From Macrostomum lignano (lineage: Eukaryota): 64,000 nucleotides of DNA. The position numbers and the translations under genes were made by a program. Positions 46,421 through 57,771 of this stretch are shown here, in pieces; position 1 is the first letter of the stretch; each line of letters starts with the position of its first letter. Below the pieces are notes generated by a model that was not told where the DNA came from, ran no database searches, and saw nothing but the letters and a program-made list of their open reading frames with translations. The stretch spans positions 1 to 64,000 of the forward strand of contig NIVC01000200.1 in NCBI GenBank assembly GCA_002269645.1. The letters run 5' to 3'.

Positions 46421-47249
46421 ATTTACCGATCGGCAAATTTCACTGTGGTTTTTAACGAGTTTATCAGGTTTCAAACAACTAGGAGAAGACACGTTGTGCT
46501 CTGAAAAATCCCTCAAGCACCATTACACGTTCTTTAAATTTTAGTCTTGATTATTTAAGGTTGTATCTACTATATGATCCTAACTCTCAAAAAAAGTCCC
46601 TAAGACGGGCAGCTAATTTCCTTCTCTTTCTTTCAGAGTCGATATGCCTATTCTACTGAAGCTGCAAAGCTACGAGTAAGATGTAGGTTTAATCCACAGC
46701 AAAATATTTACAGAATGATGCTAGCAAGCCCTCTGCATACGTTATCAGGTAAACGTCATCAAGTTTGTTGTCACATAGTGCTGTCCAGCAAAATATATAG
46801 CTTACACTCTTGTCAAAAAGCTGGTAAATATTTAAAGCAAAAAATGCCAAAGATAAACTAAAAGAGCAGCAAATCGACCCACCAATACATAATTACAGCT
46901 TTCTATCTGAAGCCATACTTCTTTGAGCTCGCTATTAGATTTTATACTCTGAAGCTACAGAAGCTTGAAAATGGTAAATCAGAGAGATTTTTGGCTAGCT
47001 ATTGGCTATGTAGCTATTAGTTATCAAAACAGCAAAATCAGCATTGGAGTGCCTCAAGCACTTGCAGTCGAAGAACATCTACGAGAATTGTATCTACGAA
47101 CGTCTACGAAAGTCAAGTCTACCAAATCTTTGAGCAACTGCATTCCGGCTATGATTGCTCAGACGGTCGCGGCCAAAACCAGGGACCGACTGTACGGACT
47201 ACAGGCCTATTCTGATTGTGACAAAGCTGATTGAGAAGCTGACAAACGT

Positions 47250-47720
47250 CTCACGGTGAAAGAGAACCTGATCCATGTTCCGCAGCTACGAGTAGTCTAA
47301 CTATACTAAACTTATCACTGATGAGAATCGTGCTGAACACGTCCGCTGTCGACACGAGTTTTTAATTGATGCAGAAGCCTGGCTTTCTGGACCGGATCAT
47401 CACAGCCCATGAGATCTGGATGCACTATACGTCACCCCCGGAGACAAGGACTCAGTGGGTAACAAATCTTTCAGAATTGCGCTGTCGAAAAACCGTCGCA
47501 CCATATACGACATTCGAAACTGGAAATGCAATAATTTGGAAACTTTCAAACACTAAGGATTCATCATCGATATTTGCCGACAGAGTCGTCACATTGTGGG
47601 CATTTTTTGGGAAGAAGCAACTCAAAATCATGCTTTTTAAAGAGCAGCCTTTTAGCTCGACTTAACAGACTTAGAGATAACTTAAAGCTCATTAATAATT
47701 ACTCATGCTGCGTAAAATCG
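47250..47720 (+). pseudogene. Mariner transposase remnant
   Basis: FLDRIITAHEIWMHYTSPPETRTQW resembles the mariner FLxRIITGDETW.HYYxPETK motif. Confidence 0.65.
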
Positions 47721-49104
47721 GTTGAAATTGAGGATTGTTGTCAGGCCGGTATTTCCAAACTGTAAGGATTAAAAACAGATAGGCAGACAACAAGTTTGCA
47801 CCAATAACTTGGCTGTCTTGTGAGACTCAATTTGTACTTGCACTATCTTTGACGACTCAAATTCATCTCATTTTGAATATTTTAATAAAAATTAGATTTG
47901 AACTGTTGCGACGAATAAAATCAACAAAAAAACTAGGAAAATTCGGATTAGTGATCGAAGGAAAAACGGAAAAACGGAAGGAAAATACAGAGCCTGCAAA
48001 TTTTATTGTAGGACGCGTCAATCATTTTAGTTTAGCTTTGCGACATGCATGGAAGGTTCTGGTAATTTCCACATGTCCAAAATTGGGAGTTTTTCCGTGT
48101 CTAAACATAGTAATAACGGCATGGATTGCTCTAAAAATTATTGTCTTGTTATTTCCGTATTTCGTCGTAACGAGTGCGCACTAATATAGTTATAGAAAGA
48201 TAACTAATGGATAACTTATGATTATAATATAGTCCTAGATAGTCGGGGAGCTAATCGAAAATGGACAACTACTCGTATACTTATATCCAAGTTTGCCTAC
48301 TGAGAGTAGCGAAAAGAAAAACAATGAGGCAAAAAATGACAAGGTAGATAAATTCTTTTTACTCCCTTAAACTTGCACCATTCGATCAGAAATTTCTCCA
48401 TGACGGTACATGGGTCGTGGCTAAGAAATTGCTCAATGCTAAAGGGATTAAATATTCGAAAAACATGTTTTCTTGCAAAGGTCAAGTAAACTTTTCGACT
48501 TGAAATGCATTGTAAGAATGCTAGAGAAAAAACTGATTGACCAAATTCTGATTCTGATAAAGATTGCATCACAAACGTTTTACTCATTGTCGTTTTTTTA
48601 CATGGCTGAATGTTCACACTGACTTGAATTGCGCCAGTCTGAAGTACACATAGTGGAAGCATATAGCACAAAACTTGATTGATCTTGCGTAATTGAATTG
48701 CTAACTTTAATGGTAACTGACACTGACTGACTGAGAAATACATTACGTCATGACTTTTACTCTAACTGACGTGCTGTGAGTGTTGAATTGTAAGTGCTAC
48801 AATTCATGTGCGAGCATATCGATCAATGAAAGCTAGCCTAGATGCAAACAGACAGAGCTGCTAAAGCAGAAACTGGGTTCGAATAATTTGTTATTATTTT
48901 TGAAGCTTCATGATTAAAGCTTACAAAAAAGACCACCATGTGATGTGAAAAAGCATCACGCTAAACATATAAGAAGCATAATTTCAAGCATAAACGAAGC
49001 ATCTTGTCAAACAAAAAATTCATTGGGAAATCGATAAGATGTCAAGACTTAGCTACTGGGAGAACTGCTAAGACGTCAAGGCTTATGGGGGATTGTTGAG
49101 ATGC

Positions 49105-51475
49105 TGTAGTGCGCTTGTGTAAGTGCAGAAGTTGGCCTCTCATGGCCGTATATTTAAAGCATATATATAGTAGTGAGCACAACGAGCTAATGAGCACAAC
49201 GTGCCACTGTTGCGTAACAGTGCGAGGGCGTACACGCACGTGGGGGAAGGCTAGAGTGAGAGAGCGGAGGAGAGACCCGCAATAGCAGTGCACTACATCT
49301 CTCCCCCAACCAGAAAAAAGTACTAACCCTTTAGAATTAGAAAGTAGAATTAGATAACTTCGCAGATTAAGCATAACGAAAACTGAAACATTTGAGACAT
49401 TTAAGTAAATTTATGTAATTTGCGCATATGTAGTTTGTTTAATTAATAGAGCCCGGCTGTGTTGCTGTGGCATTGTGACGTGTTGCCGCCCAGCCGATAG
49501 CCAATCGCACAGCTTCGGTTACTTGCTGGCGCAGCGCCGATTGAAATTAGCGGCGCGCCGTCTGGTCACCAGCTTCCAGTCGCGCTCTGACGGCTGCTGA
49601 ACGTCTCCTGCTGTGTCTGCCGTCCGCTGTTAGCCGGCTGGGAATATCTCGCGCGCGTCACCGCCTCCGAAGTTCTGGTGCAGGCGTCGCCTTGACAGAG
49701 CCGCCTTCGCCTGCCGGACCATGCCGGGCCACCAGACTTCCTTCCGCAGCCGGTCGATGGCCTTTCTCCTGCCGAATTGACCCTGGTGGGCCCAACTGAT
49801 GGTCTGCTGCTGAAGCGCTGCGGGTACAACGATCCTGCCGCCCCTGAGCAGCATGCCGTCCCGCACCAGAAGCTCTCGCTTGAGCGAGTGGAAGCTGCTC
49901 GCCTGGGCTGTAGCGCCGAAGCGCCAGTTGCCAGTCGCCAGAGCCTGCATGACGAAGTTCAGAGCCGGGTCCCGAGCAGTGGCCTCGCGGATGCTGTTGA
50001 TGGTCGGGCCTTCCGATGCGGACTCGCCGGTGCTGAGCTGCTGCAGCGATACTCTGTCGTGGACTGGTTGCTCGTCATTAAGAGCATCAGTCAGACTTGT
50101 AGCCTCTCTGGCCGTTGCCCGGGCCTGCGTCTCCAGACTCAGCAGCTGCAGGGATGTAGAGGTTGCACGGCCGAGTACACTGATGCCGCTACCGGGGACG
50201 ATGGTGAAGCTGGCACGCTGAACCCTCGGGCCCACCGAGACTCGCAGGCTGCAGACTCCCAGAGTGCGCAGAGGTTTTGCTGAGCGATATGGAAAGATCC
50301 TCTTTGTCGTCGGCTGCAGGCCTAAGGGCCCCGGGAGCTTTCGCCAGGCTGCCTCGGTGAGGATGTTACAGTCGGCTCCGCTGTCCACCACCACCTGCAC
50401 TGGAGCCGCTTCTACCAGCACGGTGGCAAGAGCCGCTGTTGCGTTCGTGTCGGAGGCCATCACGGTCAGGCAGAAGACGTCGTCCTCTTCGCCCGAACTG
50501 TCGCTGCCGACTCGAAGAGCTCGCACGTCCTCTGGCCGGGACAAGCAGGCCTTGGCGAGGTGATTCGGCTTGCCGCATCGGTTGCAGGTCTTGCCTACCG
50601 CTGCGCTGCAGCTGCGGTGGCCGAAGTTGCCGCAGCGGATGCACTTTGGCTGCGTGCGATCGGCTGTCTGCGTGGCTGTTTTCTGCGGCTGCTCTGGCGG
50701 GCTGGACTCGCGCTTGCGCAGCCGCTGCACGGTCGCTGCGCTGGTCTCCATGAGGCTGGCCTGCGACTCCGCTGCCTCCATGGCCCTGGCCACCCGGACT
50801 GCCTGGCCCAGGTCCACGTTGTCCATGGCCAGCAGCTTCCTGCGGAGCTGCTCGGAGCTGCCGCCGGCGATCAGCTGGTCGCGGATCAGCGAGTCCCGGA
50901 GGCCTTCGAATTTGCAGCAGTCCGCGGTGTCGTTGAGCCGCCGTAGCCAGTCGTCCAGGGACTCTCCGGTCTGCTGGGTGCAAAGCCGGAACTGGTAGCG
51001 TGTGAAGGGCAGGTTGAGCTGGCTGGTGAAGTGTTCATTGAGAGCCTGGATTAGCTTGTCGACGTCATCGCCGGTGTCGGCGAGTCCGGCTGCAATGGCC
51101 TGCAGGTCCTCGCCCGCTGTGTAGAGCAGCAGTTGGCGAAGTCGCTTCTTGTCAGAGATGTCAGCGGCCGCGGCGAACAGCTGGAACTGAGCCAGCCACT
51201 TGCTCCACTTTGTATGTGCCGCATGGGGCTCCTCGCGCAATTTCAATGGGGGCGGTGCGGGTAGGCTTGCTTGCGATGCCATTGTAGTGCGCTTGTGTAA
51301 GTGCAGAAGTTGGCCTCTCATGGCCGTATATTTAAAGCATATATATAGTAGTGAGCACAACGAGCTAATGAGCACAACGTGCCACTGTTGCGTAACAGTG
51401 CGAGGGCGTACACGCACGTGGGGGAAGGCTAGAGTGAGAGAGCGGAGGAGAGACCCGCAATAGCAGTGCACTACA
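49105..51475 (-). mobile_element. Non-autonomous Gypsy-like LTR retrotransposon, 2371 bp
   Basis: Identical 193-bp LTRs (49105-49297, 51283-51475) with TGTAGTGC..GCACTACA termini. 5-bp TSD GATGC. PPT at 49298-49311. Confidence 0.93.
49630..51282 (-). CDS. 550-aa Gag (zinc knuckle region), aspartic protease and truncated integrase N-terminus; no RT, RNase H or IN core
   Basis: IRDQLIAG, CIRCGNFGH..C, CNRCGKPNHLAKAC, VDSGADCN, GRIVVP..WAHQGQFG..VWWPGM. Confidence 0.88.
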   Translation of the reverse strand: MASQASLPAPPPLKLREEPHAAHTKWSKWLAQFQLFAAAADISDKKRLRQLLLYTAGEDLQAIAAGLADTGDDVDKLIQALNEHFTSQLNLPFTRYQFRLCTQQTGESLDDWLRRLNDTADCCKFEGLRDSLIRDQLIAGGSSEQLRRKLLAMDNVDLGQAVRVARAMEAAESQASLMETSAATVQRLRKRESSPPEQPQKTATQTADRTQPKCIRCGNFGHRSCSAAVGKTCNRCGKPNHLAKACLSRPEDVRALRVGSDSSGEEDDVFCLTVMASDTNATAALATVLVEAAPVQVVVDSGADCNILTEAAWRKLPGPLGLQPTTKRIFPYRSAKPLRTLGVCSLRVSVGPRVQRASFTIVPGSGISVLGRATSTSLQLLSLETQARATAREATSLTDALNDEQPVHDRVSLQQLSTGESASEGPTINSIREATARDPALNFVMQALATGNWRFGATAQASSFHSLKRELLVRDGMLLRGGRIVVPAALQQQTISWAHQGQFGRRKAIDRLRKEVWWPGMVRQAKAALSRRRLHQNFGGGDAREIFPAG

Positions 51476-53130
51476 GATGCCAAGGCTTACTGGAGGAATT
51501 GCTGAGATGTCGAGGCTTACAGCTGGGGGAATTGCTGAGATGTCGAGGCTTACAGCTAAGGGAATTGCTGAGATGTCGAGGCTTACAGCTAAGGGAATCC
51601 CTCTAATTTCTTAGACTTCAGGGCTTAGTGGGGGAATTGCTGGGATTTCCAGGCTTATTAGGGAATTGCTGGGATGTCAAGGCTTACAGCTGGGGGAATT
51701 GCTGAGATGTCAAGGTTTGCAGCTGGGGGAATTGCTGAGATGTCAAGGTTTGCAGCTGGGGGAATTGCTGAGATGTCAAGGCTTAGTGGGGGAATTCCTG
51801 AGATAACAAGGCACTGGGAGAATTGCTGGGATGTCAAGGCTTATGGGGAATTGCTGGGATGTCCAGGCTTATGGAGAATCGCTGGGATGTCCAGTCTTAC
51901 TAGGGAATTGCTGGGATGTCAAGGCTTACAGCTGGGGGAATTTCTGGAATGTCAAGGCTTATTGGGGAATTGCTGAGATGTCAAGGCTTACAGCTTAGGG
52001 AATTGCTGAGATGTCAAGGCTTAGTGGGGGAATTGCTGAGATGTCAAGGCTTACAGCAGGGGGAATTGCTAGGATTTCAAGGCTTACAACTGAGGGGGAT
52101 TGCTGGGATGTCCAGGCTTATGGGGAATTGCTGGGATATCAAGGCTTACTGGGGGAATTGCTGAGATGTCAAGGCTTACAGCTTAGGGAATTGCTGAGAT
52201 GTCAAGGCTTAGTGGGGGAATTGCTGAGATGTCAAGGCTTACAGCAGGGGGAATTGCTAGGATTTCAAGGCTTACAACTGGGGGGGGATTGCTGGGATGT
52301 CCAGGCTTATGGGGAATTGCTGGGATGTCAAGGTTTGCAGCTGGGGGAATTGCTGAGATGTCAAGGCTTAGTGGGGGAATTCCTGAGATAACAAGGCACT
52401 GGGAGAATTGCTGGGATGTCAAGGCTTATGGGGAATTGCTGGGATGTCAAGGCTTATGGGGAATTGCTGGGATGTCAAGGCTTCAAGGCTTATGGGGAAT
52501 TGCTGGGATGTCCAGGCTTATGGAGAATCGCTGGGATGTCCAGTCTTACTAGGGAATTGCTGGGATGTCAAGGCTTACAGCTGGGGGAATTTCTGGAATG
52601 TCAAGGCTTATTGGGGAATTGCTGAGATGTCAAGGCTTACAGCTCAGGGAATTGCTGAGATGTCAAGGCTTAGTGGGGGAATTGCTGAGATGTCAAGGCT
52701 TACAACTGGGGGGGGGGGATTGCTGGGATGTCCAGGCTTATGGGGAATTGCTGGGATATCAAGGCTTACTGGGGGAATTGCTGAGATGTCAAGGCTTACA
52801 GCAGGGGGAATTGCTAGGATTTCAAGGCTTACAACTGGGGGGGGATTGCTGGGATGTCCAGGCTTATGGGGAATTGCTGGGATATCAAGGCTTACTGGGG
52901 GAATTGCTGAGATGTCAAGGCTTAGTGGGGGAATTGCTGAGATGTCAAGGCCTACAGCAGGGGGAATTGCTAGGATTTCAAGGCTTACAACTGGGGGGGG
53001 GGATTGCTGGGATGTCCAGGCTTATGAGGAATTGCTGGGATATCAAGGCTTTGGGGGAATTGCTGAGATGTCAAGGCTTGCAGCTTAGGGAATTGCTGAG
53101 ATGTCAAGGCACTGGGAGAATTGCTGGGAT
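51476..53130 (+). repeat. Satellite of 27-33-bp units GGGAATTGCTGAGATGTCAAGGCTTA(CAGCTG)
   Basis: Dozens of tandem units. Degenerate copies also at about 20140-20830 and 49050-49104. Confidence 0.95.
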
Positions 53131-53650
53131 CTGAGTCTGCTGAGTCTGCATCAGATGAAGGAATGCTTGAGAGACTCGCTGAGGATGTCCAGCAGTTGAT
53201 TTTTTCCCACTGTCGAGGCTTGATCAGCGAATCCAGAGAAATTTGCAACAGCGTGTCCATAGTCACCTGGCGCCACCTGTTGAGGGTCCAGAAGCTCCGC
53301 CTGGGTAAAGGCCAGTGACCAACGAAGTCAGAGCTGATGCAGACACATGTGGTCGACGTGTTGATGAAATTTGGAGACTTGACAAGGCTGCACTGAGGCG
53401 CAGTGCTAATTGGCGCACAGGGGTGTACTGAATACACTGGCGCTTATGGAAAAAATCCGACCTTCTGGCAGAATCGTCGAATATCTCGACGGTCTGGAGG
53501 GCTGGCGACTTGATTCTTGCTTAAGAAGGAGCGCAACAAAAGGTTTACCCACGTTCTTGAATTTCGTGTGCCTGCGTTGCTCCAATATGGCGCAACAAAA
53601 AAATTGTCTGGCGAGGGGGGGGATTTTTCACCCCCTCTTGGTAGTTATTG
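53131..53650. mobile_element. Right-arm fragment of the foldback family, fused to the satellite
   Basis: Homologous to 55345-55862 and ends at TTAA 53651-53654. Confidence 0.8.
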
Positions 53651-56500
53651 TTAAACGCGGTTTTTCCAAGAAAATTCGGGTTCATTTAAATAAGAAGAGA
53701 TTGGCATCATATAGATTTCTGAGGAACCAAAAGCCCTAGGAGTAGGACCGCATACATGTACATGCAGTACTCGAGAGGACTTCTAAAGCTGATTAATTTG
53801 GGAATTTGGGATCTCAAAAAAATTGATAAAGGGATCGTGGGATTTTTCTGTCCGCAAAGAGGCATATACACTGTACCCCTATAGACTCAGGACTGGCGTT
53901 AAAATTTTGGAGCGATGTCTGATTACCGAATTAGGCCTGGTTTCTCGTGGCGTCGTATTTTTGGTTTGGATATGAGCGCCCCTGTCATCATGGGTGCACG
54001 CCTCGACCGTCTCTTAAGCTGGCGGATGCTTTTAGAGCTCGATTTTGTGGCCCCTCTGCCCCCCTTAATTGTGCGCGCCATATTGCTGTCAATTGCTACA
54101 CAGGTTGACAGTATTTGTCTGTCATTTATTGTTCCACCTGCTATCATATCAGTGTTTACCCGATCGCTATCTCCTTTTTTCATGTCGATCTTTCTGCGAT
54201 GGAAACATGTATAAATCTGGCAGGCAAAATTTCGCAAGTGAAAACTCGATCTGTGAAAACCAAAGTTCAACTGCTGGCTTCCAATTAACAGTAGGAATAC
54301 CAAGCCATTTTTCCGCCCGTCGAACTACCAAGAGGGGGAAAATTCCCCCCCCCCTGACAATTTTTTCGCTGCGCCGGAACGGAGCAACGCAGGCACACGA
54401 AATTCAAGACGGGCTAACTTTTTGTTGCGCACCTTCTCAAACACGAATCAAGTCGCCAGCCCTTTCGGACCGTCGAGATATTCGACGATTCTGCCAGAAG
54501 ATCGGATTTTTCCCATAAGCGCCAGTGTATTCAGTACACCCCTGTGCGCCAATTAGCACTGCGCCTCAGTGCAGCCTTGTCAAGTCTCCAAATTTCATCA
54601 GCACGTCGAACACATGTGTCTGCATCAGCTCTGACTTCGTTGGTCACTAGCCTTCACCCAAGTGGAGCTTCTGGACCCTCAACAGCTGTGGCACCAGGTG
54701 ACTATGGACACCCTGATGCGGATTTCTCTAGTTTCGCCGATCAAGCCTCGACAGTGGGCAAGAATCAACCGCCAGACATCCTCAGCTAGTCAGTCAAGCA
54801 TTCAGCCATCACCCCGACGCCGTCGGCTCCTTCAACAGATTACACCAGGTGACTATGGACAGCCTGATAAGAATTTCTCTAGTTCCGCTGATCAAGCCTC
54901 GATAGTGGGCAAAAATCAACTGCTGGACATCCTCAGCTAGTCAGTCAAGCATTCAGCCATCACCCCGACGCCGTCGGCACCTTCAACAGGTGGCACCAGG
55001 GGAGTAAGGACACCTGAGCGTGATTTTTCATCATGCTCTTAACATTTCTGAAGCTCTCAAAATTTTTAAAGCACGGACATTGCTATAGTTAAGCTTGAAC
55101 TCATGTTGCTGTATATTTATATTATTATTACACATACTTTTATACATACATACATATTTTATTCGAAAAGCTGTTTAGTTTATTCAACTATAATATTGAA
55201 CCCAATTTTTATGCAGAAAGGGTTATGCTTTTAAGAAGCCAGTAAATTCAATCGGTTTTTTCATTTTTTAATGATTCAGAAATGTTAAGAGCATGATGAA
55301 AAATCACGCTCAGGTGTCCTTACTCCCCTGGTGCCACCTGTTGAAGGTGCCGACGGCGTCGGGGTGATGGCTGAATGCTTGACTGACTAGCTGAGGATGT
55401 CTGGCGGTTGATTCTTGCCCACTGTCGAGGCTTGATCGGCGAAACTAGAGAAATCCGCATCAGGGTGTCCATAGTCACCTGGTGCCACAGCTGTTGAGGG
55501 TCCAGAAGCTCCACTTGGGTGAAGGCTAGTGACCAACGAAGTCAGAACTGATGCAGACACGTGTTCGACGTGCTGATGAAATTTGGAGACTTGACAAGGC
55601 TGCACTGAGGCGCAGTGCTAATTGGCGCACAGGGGTGTACTGAATACACTGGCGCTTATGGGAAAAATCCGACCTTCTGGCAGAATCGTCGAATATCTCG
55701 ACGGTCTGGAGGGCTGGCGACTTGATTCTTGCTTAAGAAGAAGCGCAACAAAAGGTTTACCCACGTTCTTGAATTTCGTGTGCCTGCGTTGCTCCAATAT
55801 GGCGCAACAAAAAAATTGTCTGGCGAGGGGGGGGATTTTTCACCCCCTCTTGGTAGTTATTGTTAAACGCGGTTTTTCCAAGAAAATTCGGGTTCATTTA
55901 AATAAGAAGAGATTGGCATCATATAGATTTCTGAGGAACCAAAAGCCCTAGGAGTAGGACCGCATACATGTACATGCAGTACTCGAGAGGACTTCTAAAG
56001 CTGATTAATTTGGGAATTTGGGATCTCAAAAAAATTGATAAAGGGATCGTGGGATTTTTCTGTCCGCAAAGAGGCATATACACTGTACCCCTATAGACTC
56101 AGGACTGGCGTTAAAATTTTGGAGCGATGTCTGATTACCGAATTAGGCCTGGTTTCTCGTGGCGTCGTATTTTTGGTTTGGATATGAGCGCCCCTGTAAT
56201 CATGGGTGCACGCCTCGACCGTCTCTTAAGCCGGCGGATGCTTTTAGAGCTCGATTTTGTGGCCCCTCTGCCCCCCTTAATTGTGCGCGCCATATTGCTG
56301 TCAATTGCTACACAGGTTGACAGTATTTGTCTGTCATTTATTGTTCCACCTGCTATTATATCAGTGTTTACCCGATCGCTATCTCCTTTTTTCATGTCGA
56401 TCTTTCTGCGATGGAAACATGTATAAATCTGGCAGGCAGAAGTTCGCAAGTGAAAACTCGATCTGTGAAAACCAAAGTTCAACTGCTGGCTTCCAATTAA
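53330..56500 (+). repeat. About 0.96-kb direct duplication (about 53330-54288 vs about 55542-56500, offset 2212)
   Basis: Near-identical sequence; both copies end exactly at TTAA. Confidence 0.9.
54289..55862. mobile_element. Second TTAA-bounded foldback element (2 vs 1 units)
   Basis: TTAA at 54285-54288 and 55863-55866; same spacer as the 41-kb copy. Confidence 0.85.
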
Positions 56501-57771
56501 GAAACGCAGCAAACAATTGATGCTGTACCAGATGGCCGCAATATATATGTAGACAGTGCATGTATACGTGTAGCTCGTATATTAAGAAATCGCCTACTAA
56601 TAATTAGTAAGTAAATGTAAAATTACTGTGAATCAAATGCTTGTAATATGCCTGCGCATTGATCCATGTACATGTATAGTTAAATAGAACTGCGAAAACG
56701 TGTCCTATATACGTCTACGAGTACAATTACATTACGTTTGGAGGCAGTTTTTCGTGTGATCGCACGGCTCGTAACACATTTTAGTCGCTTTATTTGTACA
56801 TCAGTTGTGCGATTCGATGACTTCATTGGTGTACTATGAACCAGACTTCAAGAGCTAAAAGGCAAAAATGTACATAAGTGCGGTGATGGAGTCAAATGCA
56901 GATATACTTACTCAATAATGGACTGAATAGCTTTCTTATAGAAATACGGAAATCTGTTTGATTTTTTACAACCAGTATATGTCGCGGTTTTGACATAGAG
57001 GTGCAATTGTACATTAATAAGGATCAGCTAAGTTGCAGTTCGTAAATCGTAAATTCGGCCAACCAACCAATTACCCAGGATCAAGACAACGCAGCACTTT
57101 AGGTTTGATATAACTATAATTAAATTATCAGGATACGCGAACTCTGTGTATTCGATTTAGTTTGGCAACTGTATTGACACACCAGCCTGGTCCGTCAATG
57201 CGACCCCTCAGATTCAGCCGGCGACGCGCCCTAGCCCAGAGGCGTATCCAGCCATCATTTTTACAGCACAAAGTCAAAAGTTGTTATTGCTTTCGATAGG
57301 AGGCAGACCCAATACTCATCTTGTGATATCTTGCGCCTTTCGTTCAGAAAATTAAGATTCTATGTATTCGTAGTGTTTTTTCTGAAAAAACGGCCTCCTA
57401 AAATTTCCCAAAAAAACGAGGTTTCTCGTCCTTCTACATGAGTTTTCCTCGACCTAGTCAGGAAAAAACTTAGTCGACACACTTTGTCAAGAAAATTAAT
57501 AAAATACGCCAACTCTGCAGATATAAAAAGCATTACTACATTTTTTTAATAATCGAACAATCACTGATCGTGCAATTTAATTTGTGTTCAAAGGAATTAA
57601 AGCCAGTTTGTCTTGTTGATAGGCAAAATACAAACATGCTATTTATAGATACACAGCTACAAATTCAAACTATGATTTGATGAATCGAGCATAGTAAAGT
57701 TATGAAAATCAATAACTATTAAGACAGTTTGTCAGAAAAAAATCCCAAAGCTTGAAGCACAAGTACTGGGA

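Noticed and set aside
48297-48743. 148-aa minus-strand ORF
   Set aside because: No recognisable motif, splice signal or codon pattern.
51674-53134. Many repetitive ORFs and a CRISPR-like look
   Set aside because: Units abut without unique spacers and there are no cas genes; this is a satellite.
53923-54303. 126-aa ORF (duplicated at 56135-56512)
   Set aside because: Conserved only because of the recent duplication; no recognisable domain.
41577-55605. ORFs within the foldback arms
   Set aside because: The 151-bp unit breaks the frame and there are no transposase motifs.
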